Source of the DNA: an uncultured Verrucomicrobiae bacterium
Lineage (GTDB): Bacteria > Verrucomicrobiota > Verrucomicrobiia > Chthoniobacterales > JAFAMB01
Direction: 5' to 3'
Length of the DNA: 64,000 nucleotides
NCBI GenBank assembly: GCA_963782115.1
Contig: CAWAIK010000004.1
Location: 32,001 to 96,000 of the forward strand
The notes beneath the pieces were generated by a model. The model was not told the origin of the DNA. It saw nothing but the letters and a program-made list of their open reading frames with translations, and did not search any database. Within the stretch, counting starts at the first letter, position 1, and the number at the start of each line of letters is the position of its first letter. A program made the position numbers and the translations under genes. Shown here piece by piece: positions 55,635-64,000 of the stretch.

Positions 55635-56180
55635 CTATGGGAGGCGGCAATCCAGGAACCATGCTTCGCTATCTCCTTGCGCTTTTGGCACGCCTGGAGA
55701 GAGCGGCTGACCCGCCCAGACCAACGGCGGCTCTACCGCAAATCGCTCAAATGGAGCCAACTCAAGACTCCTTTTTCCCGGGCCCAACGGCGCTCCCTTG
55801 GGTCGCGCAGCCCTGCACAACGCTCTGCGGCGACTCATCGTGGCAGGAGAGCGCAGCAGCAGTAGCGACCCATCACTCCGGAAAAGATCAGAGTCGCTTT
55901 CCTCTGTGGGAATCCTCTTAAGTGAGGGATCCATCTCTAAGGCTAAAGGGCTCCCCCCGAGGGTTCCGCGCCGCTCTAATTCGCGTTTAAGCCGCCGGGA
56001 AGCGAGCTTGCTGGTTCTCTCAAAGAAAGGATCCAGTTTCGCTATTCCCAGCATTTCTTTCGTATCGAACCACTCTTCGAGCTCTTTGAGCGCGGGGATA
56101 TCGGTATGGGACCGCAATCCAAGCGCTCGGAACCGGACACCATGGACGAGCTGTGCCGGCGATTCGCCGGATTTTTTCAC
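55635..56180 (-). CDS. Hypothetical protein
   Basis: ORF only; overlaps competing ORFs. Confidence 0.3.
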   Translation of the reverse strand: MKKSGESPAQLVHGVRFRALGLRSHTDIPALKELEEWFDTKEMLGIAKLDPFFERTSKLASRRLKRELERRGTLGGSPLALEMDPSLKRIPTEESDSDLFRSDGSLLLLRSPATMSRRRALCRAARPKGAPLGPGKRSLELAPFERFAVEPPLVWAGQPLSPGVPKAQGDSEAWFLDCRLP

Positions 56181-56389
56181 TACGCAAAAATCCTTGAAAT
56201 GGTTGCAGCCGGCATTCAGTCAGGTGCGATTAAAGTCCCCCAGTAAGTCAGTTATCATATTTCATGTTAACAGCGGGCGTAGCCAGCTTTCATGTTCCGC
56301 CTCAGCCGGACTTTTGAAGGAGTTCGCCTTACCGCTCTCCATTTTCGCCTCGAAAGACGTCCGTGCTTTCACTATAGTTAACGGAATTC

Positions 56390-56864
56390 ATGAACAAGCG
56401 TCCTCCCGCCAAAAAGCCTCAGAAAGATACAAACGGTAAAAAAGCAAATCCCCGTCAAGAAGATAGCCCCTGACAGAATCGAGGAGCTCGTAAAAAAGCA
56501 CCTTGGGAACATAGGGGAGGCCGAGAACACCTTTAAGAGCGCTTCAGCGTTGCTCGAGAAACACAAGACCAAGTATCCAGAACTTGAGCAATATATAGAG
56601 CACGTATCCGCATCCGATCGCTCAATCCAGATCCTGGAGGATATCAAAGACCCAAGACGAGCTCACTATATATTCAAAATCCTACTTACTGGCGTGCAGC
56701 CGGCATATCAGGTCGCACATCCGGGAGAAAAGGATCATACTAACGTGGATCGCGCGGCCTGGATTTCCACTTTTGAAGAGGCTCTGGCAAAAGCGATCGT
56801 TCAGATCGTCCTTTCACGCCAAGCCGAGCAGGCTTCTCAAGCGGTAGGCTCCCCAAAAGAATAG
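56390..56864 (+). CDS. Hypothetical protein, probably frameshifted near 56440
   Basis: Lys-rich start at ATG 56390; ORF 56550-56864 is in another frame. Confidence 0.35.
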
Positions 56865-57110
56865 AATCCCAACCCCAAGCCGCTTTCTTGGCTTGCGCTC
56901 GAGGGCGGAAATCCGGATGCCAACGCCGGAAGGTGTTCTCCCACTCCAGCGGAAGGAATCTACTTCATCATCTGGCTGTTCAGGTCAGTTCCCAGTTCTC
57001 TCGACTCGGAAATCAAATTCATGTAACGGCAGGGGATCATGTAACGGCAGGGGATTATGATCATACGAGACGCTGAACTGCGTGATGCGCGCGGGATTGC
57101 CGAGGGGCTA

Positions 57111-57503
57111 CTATTCCGGCGTGGCGCCCGAACGTTGTCTCAAGATCTCGACCGCCATTTTGAGAGCCTGCCGCTGCTTGTCCAAGGACGACATCTCCAA
57201 TTCGATCCGTGCGATCGCGGCGATTAATCCGCGGTCGTCGACTGGCGGCTCGACTGGTGGTTGACTGCTCGGCTTAGCCGGCAACTCTTCAGGTGCGGCC
57301 GCAGGCACGGCGGGTTCGCCTGCCGCGCCCGCTTCTGCCGCTGTTCTCTTACGATATTGTCTCGACCACCTGCGCAATGACCAAATGCTGACGCCCAGCT
57401 CCTTGGCGAGGTCGTTCGCTGGCACGCCGCCGGTTTGCAACCGTTGCACAGCGGCGACCTTGAAGTTCTCATCAACGTTCTTTCGGGCTTTGCCCTTAGG
57501 CAT
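57111..57503 (-). CDS. Stand-alone IS3-OrfA-like HTH plus coiled-coil protein
   Basis: ENFKVAAVQRL..DLAKELGVSIWSLRRW; no OrfB nearby. Confidence 0.65.
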   Translation of the reverse strand: MPKGKARKNVDENFKVAAVQRLQTGGVPANDLAKELGVSIWSLRRWSRQYRKRTAAEAGAAGEPAVPAAAPEELPAKPSSQPPVEPPVDDRGLIAAIARIELEMSSLDKQRQALKMAVEILRQRSGATPE

Positions 57504-57627
57504 TAGCTAAAAGGTGCCCCCTTGCTCGAGCCACTGCAAGGCTCAAGAGGGTGTTTGAATAGGCGCCGTACAGGTCGATGTGCTTGAGGAAACCGACGTG
57601 AGCGTACCTGTGTCGCTAACCGCACAA

Positions 57628-58410
57628 TCAGTTGAAGATGTCACGCCAACCAATTGGTGTTCGTAGGCTTGTGACGGCCTTCTCGTTCAAACTGCTCAGT
57701 TTCTCAAGCCCCCACGGCTCCTGGAGCAAATCAGCCACGCTATTGGACCCTAATGCGTCTTGCGGATTAAGCCGGATGGCTTCCTGGAAGGCTCGCTCCG
57801 CTTTCCTCAAACCGGCCCCGTTCCTTCGCAAAACGCCCAAAATATAATGCGCCTCTGCGTTTTGCGGATAAAGCCGGATGGCTTTCTGCAAGGCTCGTTC
57901 GGTCTCTTCAAGCACCGGCTCTTGCAGCCGGCCCAACGTTTCCAACGCCGCCTTATGCACGTAGCGACGTAGCGGGTGTCGCCTTCTTGCTGTAGTTTTG
58001 CAAATTGACCTTTCCCACTCAGACCACCGTCGGGTACTCGGCTGCGGCTAAGGCGCCTCTTAAGCCGTCGTCGTTTCGCGCGCGGACCCTCATGCGCCGC
58101 CACCCCGGAGAGAAAATTGCGTACGGTGCCGATCGCTCCGACACCGACGAAGAAACATAGGGACCAATCGATCGGGTGCGTTTTCGTACCCTCAAAGACA
58201 CCAACGCTCCCGCTGAGCAGGATCAGAAACACTGTGATGGCCCAGAATTCTATGCTCTTCAACAACGCAAGGAATCGCTTTTCCGGCATGTCGTTCCATT
58301 GTTGCCAGCGCTTAAGAACCTCAGCCACGATGGCGCCAAAGGCGCCGAAAAGAAACGCGAGAAACATCCCTGAAGAAAGCCTGGAACCACAAAAAGGTCG
58401 AAGACGCATG
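57628..58410 (-). pseudogene. Membrane protein with C-terminal TPRs, frameshifted
   Basis: Three TM segments, then ERALQKAIRLYPQNAEAHYILG in another frame. Confidence 0.55.
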
Positions 58411-58608
58411 TTGTCTTCCAAGACTACGCGAGGCGACCCCCCGCGATGTGAGCAGATCAACGTTTATTAAGAAAGAGCGGCCGCTTTGTCGGCGCCAAAT
58501 TCGGTTGGAGGCTTTATTGAAACCGACGCGTGCAGCGAGACCCGCCGGCGGACGAGCCCGCCCGAGGCCGACCCATAGGCCATCCAAAACATCGTAAACC
58601 GTCCTGCT

Positions 58609-58881
58609 TCAGACAAGGTGCCCGTTCACAAGCTTAGTCATCTCGAACATCGAGACGACCTTCTTGCCGTCGAATACCGCCAGCAGTCTTTCGTCTGCGC
58701 GGATGTTGCGCTTTTCCTTGGGATCCTGGAGCTCGTGTTTGCGGATGTACTCCCAAAGCTTTTTGGTCAGTTCGGTCCGGGGGAGTGGGTCTTTGCCGAC
58801 CACTGCGGCCAGTGCGGCGTCGGGTTGCACGGGTTTGCTAAGGGCGTTTTTGGGGGAGGCGGCTTTCTTCGGGGTTGGCAT
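58609..58881 (-). CDS. SWIB/MDM2 domain protein
   Basis: LAAVVG..PRTELTKKLWEYIRKHELQDP..VSMFEMTK. Confidence 0.92.
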   Translation of the reverse strand: MPTPKKAASPKNALSKPVQPDAALAAVVGKDPLPRTELTKKLWEYIRKHELQDPKEKRNIRADERLLAVFDGKKVVSMFEMTKLVNGHLV

Positions 58882-59098
58882 CGGGCAATTAGAACGCGCC
58901 GGGCTTGGGAGCCAAGCGAAAAATCAACCCTGTTTTCAGCGGTTCGTGGGAGCGCCTTGACGAATCTCAGCCGATAGTTGTAGCGAACTGACCCCTTGAA
59001 CGGCCGTGCGCCGGTTTCGTCCTCATTGATGATGGAGAGGCGAGGGGAGGGTGGGGTAGGGGAGCCGACGCAGCTCTGTAAGGATTTAATTAATTACT

Positions 59099-59246
59099 GG
59101 AGACCGGGAAAAACCGGGGGGCTAGACTGGATTGCTTCTGCCTCGGTGTCGATGGAGGGATGCCAGCGTGACAGCGTTTGGGGCGGAACCTAGTAGAGCA
59201 AGATCAGCTTCGCCGCCCTCTCAGCCCCCGGTTTTTCCTGGTCTCC
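59099..59246. repeat. About 148-bp element with about 28-bp TIRs, same family as 5063-5200
   Basis: GGAGACCGGGAAAAACCGGGGGGCT ... AGCCCCCGGTTTTTCCTGGTCTCC. Confidence 0.65.
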
Positions 59247-59278
59247 TTCTGGCGTGACTCGTATCGCGTATCTTCTGA

Positions 59279-60163
59279 TTAGGTTGGGGAATAGTTCATC
59301 CGGATAAGGTCGGCAATCAGTCGGGGCCCTGTCGGATGCCAGCCCAGTTTTTCCCGCGTAATGGTGCTCGATGCGGGAAAGTCAAGACTGGCGAACATGC
59401 CTAGCCATCCAAAATGGGCTGGCGCCTCTTCCGGTCGGATGGATTTCACCGGCACCTTCAAGCCTCGCCCAATGACTTCGGCAATCTCCCGCAAGGGTAC
59501 ACCTTCCTTCGCCACGGCGTGGTATTTCGCACCGGCTTCGTGCTTCTCCAGAGCAAGCCGGTAGAGGTGGCCCACATCCGAGATATGCGCGGCAGGCCAG
59601 CGGTTCGCACCATTACCGACGTACGCCGAAACTCCTTTCTCCCGCGCCACGGCGATGGCATAGGTGACAAGCCCCTGCTTCACCGTATCGTGAACCTGGG
59701 GAAGGCGCATAATCGAGGCGCTGACGCCCTTTAACGAAAGGGCCGTTTGTTCCGACACCCGGGGAAACGGTGATTTCGCCGGTACGACGTGCTCTTCGGT
59801 CGCCACCTGACCGGGCGCGGATAGTCCCCCGGTAACTGATGCGACGATGAGAGGCCGATCGGACCCGGCGAGCACGCTTCCCAGAGCCTCAATGGCCCGT
59901 TTGTCAATCTCGCAGTTCTCTTTGAATTTTGAGAAGTCGTCAATGAAGGCGAGATGGATCACTCCGTCGGAATCCGCCGTGCCGCGGCGCAGGCTTTCCA
60001 GGTCCTCGAGCGAACCGCGATGAACCTCAGCTCCCGCCGCCGCCAGCGCCTTGGCTCCGGCATCCGACCGGGTGAGACCGAGCACTTGGTGCCCCGCCTT
60101 GAGTAATTCCGGAACGACCGCAGAACCGATGAAGCCAGTGGCCCCTGTAACAAATACTCGCAT
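59279..60163 (-). CDS. NAD-dependent epimerase/atypical SDR oxidoreductase
   Basis: MRVFVTGATGFIG, VIHLAF, RWPAAH. Confidence 0.9.
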   Translation of the reverse strand: MRVFVTGATGFIGSAVVPELLKAGHQVLGLTRSDAGAKALAAAGAEVHRGSLEDLESLRRGTADSDGVIHLAFIDDFSKFKENCEIDKRAIEALGSVLAGSDRPLIVASVTGGLSAPGQVATEEHVVPAKSPFPRVSEQTALSLKGVSASIMRLPQVHDTVKQGLVTYAIAVAREKGVSAYVGNGANRWPAAHISDVGHLYRLALEKHEAGAKYHAVAKEGVPLREIAEVIGRGLKVPVKSIRPEEAPAHFGWLGMFASLDFPASSTITREKLGWHPTGPRLIADLIRMNYSPT

Positions 60164-60195
60164 GGATAATCTCCTGGTTGATGGTTGAAACAAGG

Positions 60196-60247
60196 ATGTA
60201 AACTAAACCGTACCGTTTACAATGTAAACTCTACCGTACCGTTTACA
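60196..60247. promoter_or_regulatory. Tandem TetR operators (2 x 26 bp)
   Basis: ATGTAAACT(AA/CT)ACCGTACCGTTTACA twice, each with TGTAAAC/GTTTACA dyad arms. Confidence 0.8.
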
Positions 60248-60276
60248 TCTTGTCAAGGGTGAGAGAAAATACAGCC

Positions 60277-60897
60277 ATGTCAAGACGAGGCGATAAACTT
60301 CGGGAGCATATCCTCTATGAGGCCAAGGACGTCTTCCTTGAATTGGGCTTTGAGCGTGCGTCAATGGATGTGGTCGCCAGCCGTGCGGAAACCTCAAAAC
60401 GCTCCTTGTACGCTCACTTTGAGAGCAAAGAGAAGCTATTCCTTGCCGTCATTGAGCTCGTGCGAGGACTTTTTCTCAGCAAACTGAAAATGCCCGGCGA
60501 TTACTCAGAGAAACCTGCGGAAGCCCTGGTAATGTTCTGCGGCCGGTATCTTGAGATACTTCTTTTCGCCCCATCTATCCGAATGTGCCGCTTGAGCATT
60601 GCCGAAGCCGCAAGATTCCCGGAGGGTTCCGCACAGCACTTTGAGGTGATTTTCTCCGCAGTCCACGAACGTTTGAGTGTGTATCTGAAGGGAATATTCG
60701 GGTTATCGGCGAAGGTAAGCGCAGAAGCGGCGCGGAAACTTCTCGGTGAAGTCATTTTTCCCCGCTTCCCGCGCGCCCTGTTTGGCATGGACGAGCTGGC
60801 TGAAAGTTTTGACGATGACGTCATAGCAGAGAATTTCGACCTCAAGCCTATCCGCAAAGCAGTCGCCAGCTTGCTCGAGTCTCTAGGACAACATTAG
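60277..60897 (+). CDS. TetR/AcrR family regulator
   Basis: AKDVFLELGFERASMDVVA..SKRSLYAHFESKEKLF. Confidence 0.92.
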   Translation: MSRRGDKLREHILYEAKDVFLELGFERASMDVVASRAETSKRSLYAHFESKEKLFLAVIELVRGLFLSKLKMPGDYSEKPAEALVMFCGRYLEILLFAPSIRMCRLSIAEAARFPEGSAQHFEVIFSAVHERLSVYLKGIFGLSAKVSAEAARKLLGEVIFPRFPRALFGMDELAESFDDDVIAENFDLKPIRKAVASLLESLGQH

Positions 60898-61339
60898 GGT
60901 TCCAGGCGCGACACCGGATTGGTATTGATAAACGAGCTTCGCGCCAGTGATGCACCACTGACGAGCCTGCCGAATTGTCGGTATTAATCTGTTGACCAAT
61001 TTAGATAGAAACTCCACCGACATTGGCCGAACTGATGCAGGACGGCTCTCGACCAATGGAAAGCTTTCCCAATTCATTTCGGATGCCGTCAGCCGGTGTC
61101 AACTTATAGTCGCCGGGCTTGCGCTCCGCGATTCCGTACCTGGCATACGCCTGTTTTTTGAGCCACTATTAATGCCCAACCCCTCGAAAAGGTAAAATTA
61201 GCGACTCTTCCTGACAGTTACTCATCGGCCCAGTCCTAATCCGGTCAGGAGCCGACCTGATCAATTTGACTCAGCTTGCGCGGTCTCTAACGTGGAAGAG
61301 CTTGTCGGGTGTCATTAGTGAGCCTCTTATTCTTCGAAC

Positions 61340-62738
61340 GAGGTATTGTCAAAAGTTGTGTACGGGAAGTAGACGCATCCTCGGTTGATAACTTCAGGCA
61401 GCTTGTTCTTGTAGTTCCTCTCCGTCGATAAATTGGACGCCGGTGACTACCTTGGGGAGCAGAGCTCTTCCGTTGAGTCGGCGCCATCTGGCTTCCATAC
61501 CGAGTTTGAAAACCATAGTTAAAGTCGCGATCCTTGAGCCGCACCCCTTGGTTCGCTGCGTACGAAGGCGCACGGTAGCGAAGGTTGATTCGATCGGGTT
61601 AGTAGTCCGAAGATGGGACCAATGTTGAGCCGGAAAGTCGTAAAAGCTGAAGAGCCATTCTTTGTCTTTTTCCAGGCACTCGGTTGCTTTTGGGTACTTG
61701 GCTTGGTAACTGGCGATGAACTGATCATAGGCTTCAAGAGCGGCTTTGCGAGTTGGCGACTGATACATTTCGTGGATCAACTCTTTGGCACGCCCCTGAA
61801 CGCTCTTGGGCATTTTATCCAGAATATTGGCCGTTTTATGTACCCAGCAACGTTGTTGTGGTACCGGTCCATATTCTTCCTGAAGCGCGAGCCAAAAACC
61901 CAGTGAGCCATCCCCAATGGCCAGTTTAGGAGCCACTGTTAGCCCGTGGCGCTTGAGCTGCTGGAGCACTTCACGCCAGGATTGAGTGCTTTCCCGGTAA
62001 CCGTCAACGACGGCCAGCAGCTCTTTGGTGCCATCTTCGAGCGCTCCGATCAAAACCAGCACACAGCTACGTTCTGCGTCGAGCCGGACGTTGAAATAAA
62101 TCCCATCAGCCCACCAGTAGACGTAGTTTTTGCCACTCAGGTCGCGCCTGCACCAAGCCTTGTATTCTTCCTCCCATCCGGCTTTCAGCCGCACTACATT
62201 GGTGGCACTTAATCCGCTGGCTCGCTCGCCCAAGATCGCCGTCAACGCGTCCATGAAGTCCCCAGTCGAGATCCCTTTGAGATAGAGCGCGGGAATCAGC
62301 GCGTCGATGCTGGGTACCCGGCGCATGTAAGGTGGCAAAATCGCGCTGCTAAACTTCTGGCCATCTCGATGACGAATCCGCGGCTGTCGAACCTTGATCG
62401 GACCAATTCCACTCACCAGTTCTCTTTCCGGATGGTGACCATTACGTACGATCGCCCGTTGGCCGGCATCGGTGCGCCGGCCTCGATGTTCTTCTAGATA
62501 CTCGGCTACCTCACTCTCGATGGCCTCTTGCAACAACTTCCTGGCTCCTTCTCGCAGCAACTCTTCCAGGTAACTCTTGGCTCCATCTTGGGCTCGCTCT
62601 TCGAGCGAAATCACTTTATTTTCCACTTTAGGTGCATCCTTTCTTTTTGGCGTCTCGAGTGAGTACGCCTTTTTCTTTTGGTTACTGAAAGGATGCGCCT
62701 TTTTTTATCCTGTCATCCACAACTTTCGGTTATAGCTC
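61340..62738 (-). mobile_element. Intact IS256-family element (transposase 61394-62626)
   Basis: YWWADGIY, IGDG, QRCWVHK, RTTNPIESTF; imperfect TIRs GAG.TAT....AAAGTTGTG; 9-bp TSD TCTTCGAAC at 61331-61339 and 62739-62747. Confidence 0.95.
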
Positions 62739-62959
62739 TCTTCGAACTGCTGGTTTATCTAAGGTGTTCTAGGCTGTTCCCCACTTCCGCGCGAACTTCT
62801 CCGCAGCCCGATAAAGGCCACCAGACGAATTCCGGTTTTTCCGCACAAGGGACAACACATTCCGCTACAGGCTGGATCTGCTCCCCTGCTCACTCCCGAT
62901 GAAGCCATGCGCATGAAAGGCGCGCGCAAGAATGCTCAAGGGATGATCACCGAACCCGG

Positions 62960-63612
62960 TAACAGTAAATCGTCAGATAGGAGAGCGCGGTAGATAGCAC
63001 GCTGCCAGCTTCTTCTGGCGGACGGTTAAGCTGATCGCGCACGGCGCTGGCAACGAGGGGATGGGTTTCGCCGCTATCGTGCAGGTAACAGAGCATTTCG
63101 GTCCAGACATCAGAAGCTTTTTTCTCGGGGTCGGATAGGAGCCGGTCGACCGCTGGGAGCGTGGCTGGAGTTTGCTCGCGCCTGGCCCGATAGAGCGCGT
63201 GTGCGATAGCCCCAGTAAGCAGCGAGCACGCGGTCTTTTGCCAGTGCGTCTGCAGGCCCCTTCCATCCGGGTCAACGATCAGGTTCGCGAGGTTTTGAAT
63301 ATCGCCAGTTTCATGCTCACTGCCCACGCGGATTTCATCAAGTGGATTGAACGCGACTGAGTGCTGCGAACTGGCCGGCTCGAATCGTAAGATGCGGTTG
63401 TTGCCCTCGGCTTGCCGCCATCCGGCCGTCAGCTCGTAAATCTCGCGCTTCAGGTCGGTGACAACGGCCGAGTGCGGCCAGGTCAACATGGTCGGCACAA
63501 CCAATCCTACGCCTTTACCGCTGCGCGGCGGAGCGTAGCACATGACATGCTCTGGACCGTTGTGACGCAAGGTGTAAATTCCGTTCTTCCATTCGCCAAC
63601 GTAGACACCATC
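62960..63612 (-). pseudogene. traG: VirD4/TraG coupling protein fragment (IncP-like)
   Basis: HVMCYAPPRSGKGVGLVVPTMLTW, TDLK, FNPLDEIR; truncated at both ends. Confidence 0.85.
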
Positions 63613-63789
63613 ACCACTGTGAGAGCAACCTGCGCTGGCGTTTCAACCCGCGCCTTTGGGGAGAAGGTCATGCCTGCTCCTCGGATGGGAAGAGATTCCC
63701 CAGTTGGAGTCAAAATCTCATGAGCGAGTGGCGTTCCCGCTACCATGGTGACGGTGTGCTAGTCTAGTCTATTGGCACGTCGAAACCCA

Positions 63790-64000
63790 ATTACCGGCAT
63801 ACGGGGATGGATCTGCGCGACGAGCTCATTAGGCTCGCCTGTGATAATCGTGCAAGTGCGCACCCACTCCCCAGATTCGGGATCTTTCCAGTTTTCCCAG
63901 AGTCCGGCAAAGGTGAACGGGCGTCCGTCTTTCATGGCGATCGCGAACGGCAGCTTCGGTTTAGCCGTTTTGCGCCATTCGTAGAATCCGTCCGCTGGAA
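63790..64000 (-). pseudogene. SOS response-associated peptidase (SRAP) fragment
   Basis: Manual translation: PADGFYEW..PFTFAGLWENW..TCTIITGEPNELVAQIHPRMPVI, after which similarity ends. Confidence 0.85.

Noticed and set aside
58540..59100. oriT near the conjugation relics
   Set aside because: No convincing IncP nic-site consensus with an adjacent inverted repeat, and no relaxase in the window.
1..64000. CRISPR array, tRNA or rRNA
   Set aside because: No regularly spaced repeat-spacer array or recognisable structural RNA gene was seen by eye; periodic repeats are coding (TPR, WD40, YVTN).

Overview
A 64-kb accessory, mobile-element-rich region with no rRNA, tRNA or CRISPR array that I can see. 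It is probably from a Verrucomicrobiota (Chthoniobacterales-like) bacterium; this is an inference from the SWIB protein, the YVTN-autotransporter and the outer-membrane-protein C-terminus. Many genes are truncated, fused by deletion or frameshifted, and some homopolymer frameshifts may be sequencing errors. Main blocks: (1) hydrolase/TPR and transposon relics (1-6.7 kb); (2) an NsrR-like nitrosative-stress cluster with a duplicated operator pair (7-13.7 kb); (3) an NLR-like cluster with DUF4062-NACHT-NACHT-WD40 plus two TIR-TPR-sensor paralogs and a C39 lipoprotein (14.5-25.8 kb); (4) the best novel-system candidate (28-33.9 kb): an XRE-HTH/TPR regulator followed by a 25-29 aa signal-peptide ORF ending in HVMSGV, divergent from an IS1634-split exported CHAT/caspase-like protein and a beta-rich partner, i.e. 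an RRNPPA-like layout in an apparent diderm; (5) two ~540-aa unclassified transposase-like genes with a Rep_trans-like KQYxK..LRxE motif, one sharing both ends with a ~195-bp mini-element; (6) TM0106 nuclease-helicase and type III Res relics, an autotransporter, a TA-integrase module, GH31+MFS, TetR/SDR, an intact IS256, and IncP-like traM/traG relics.
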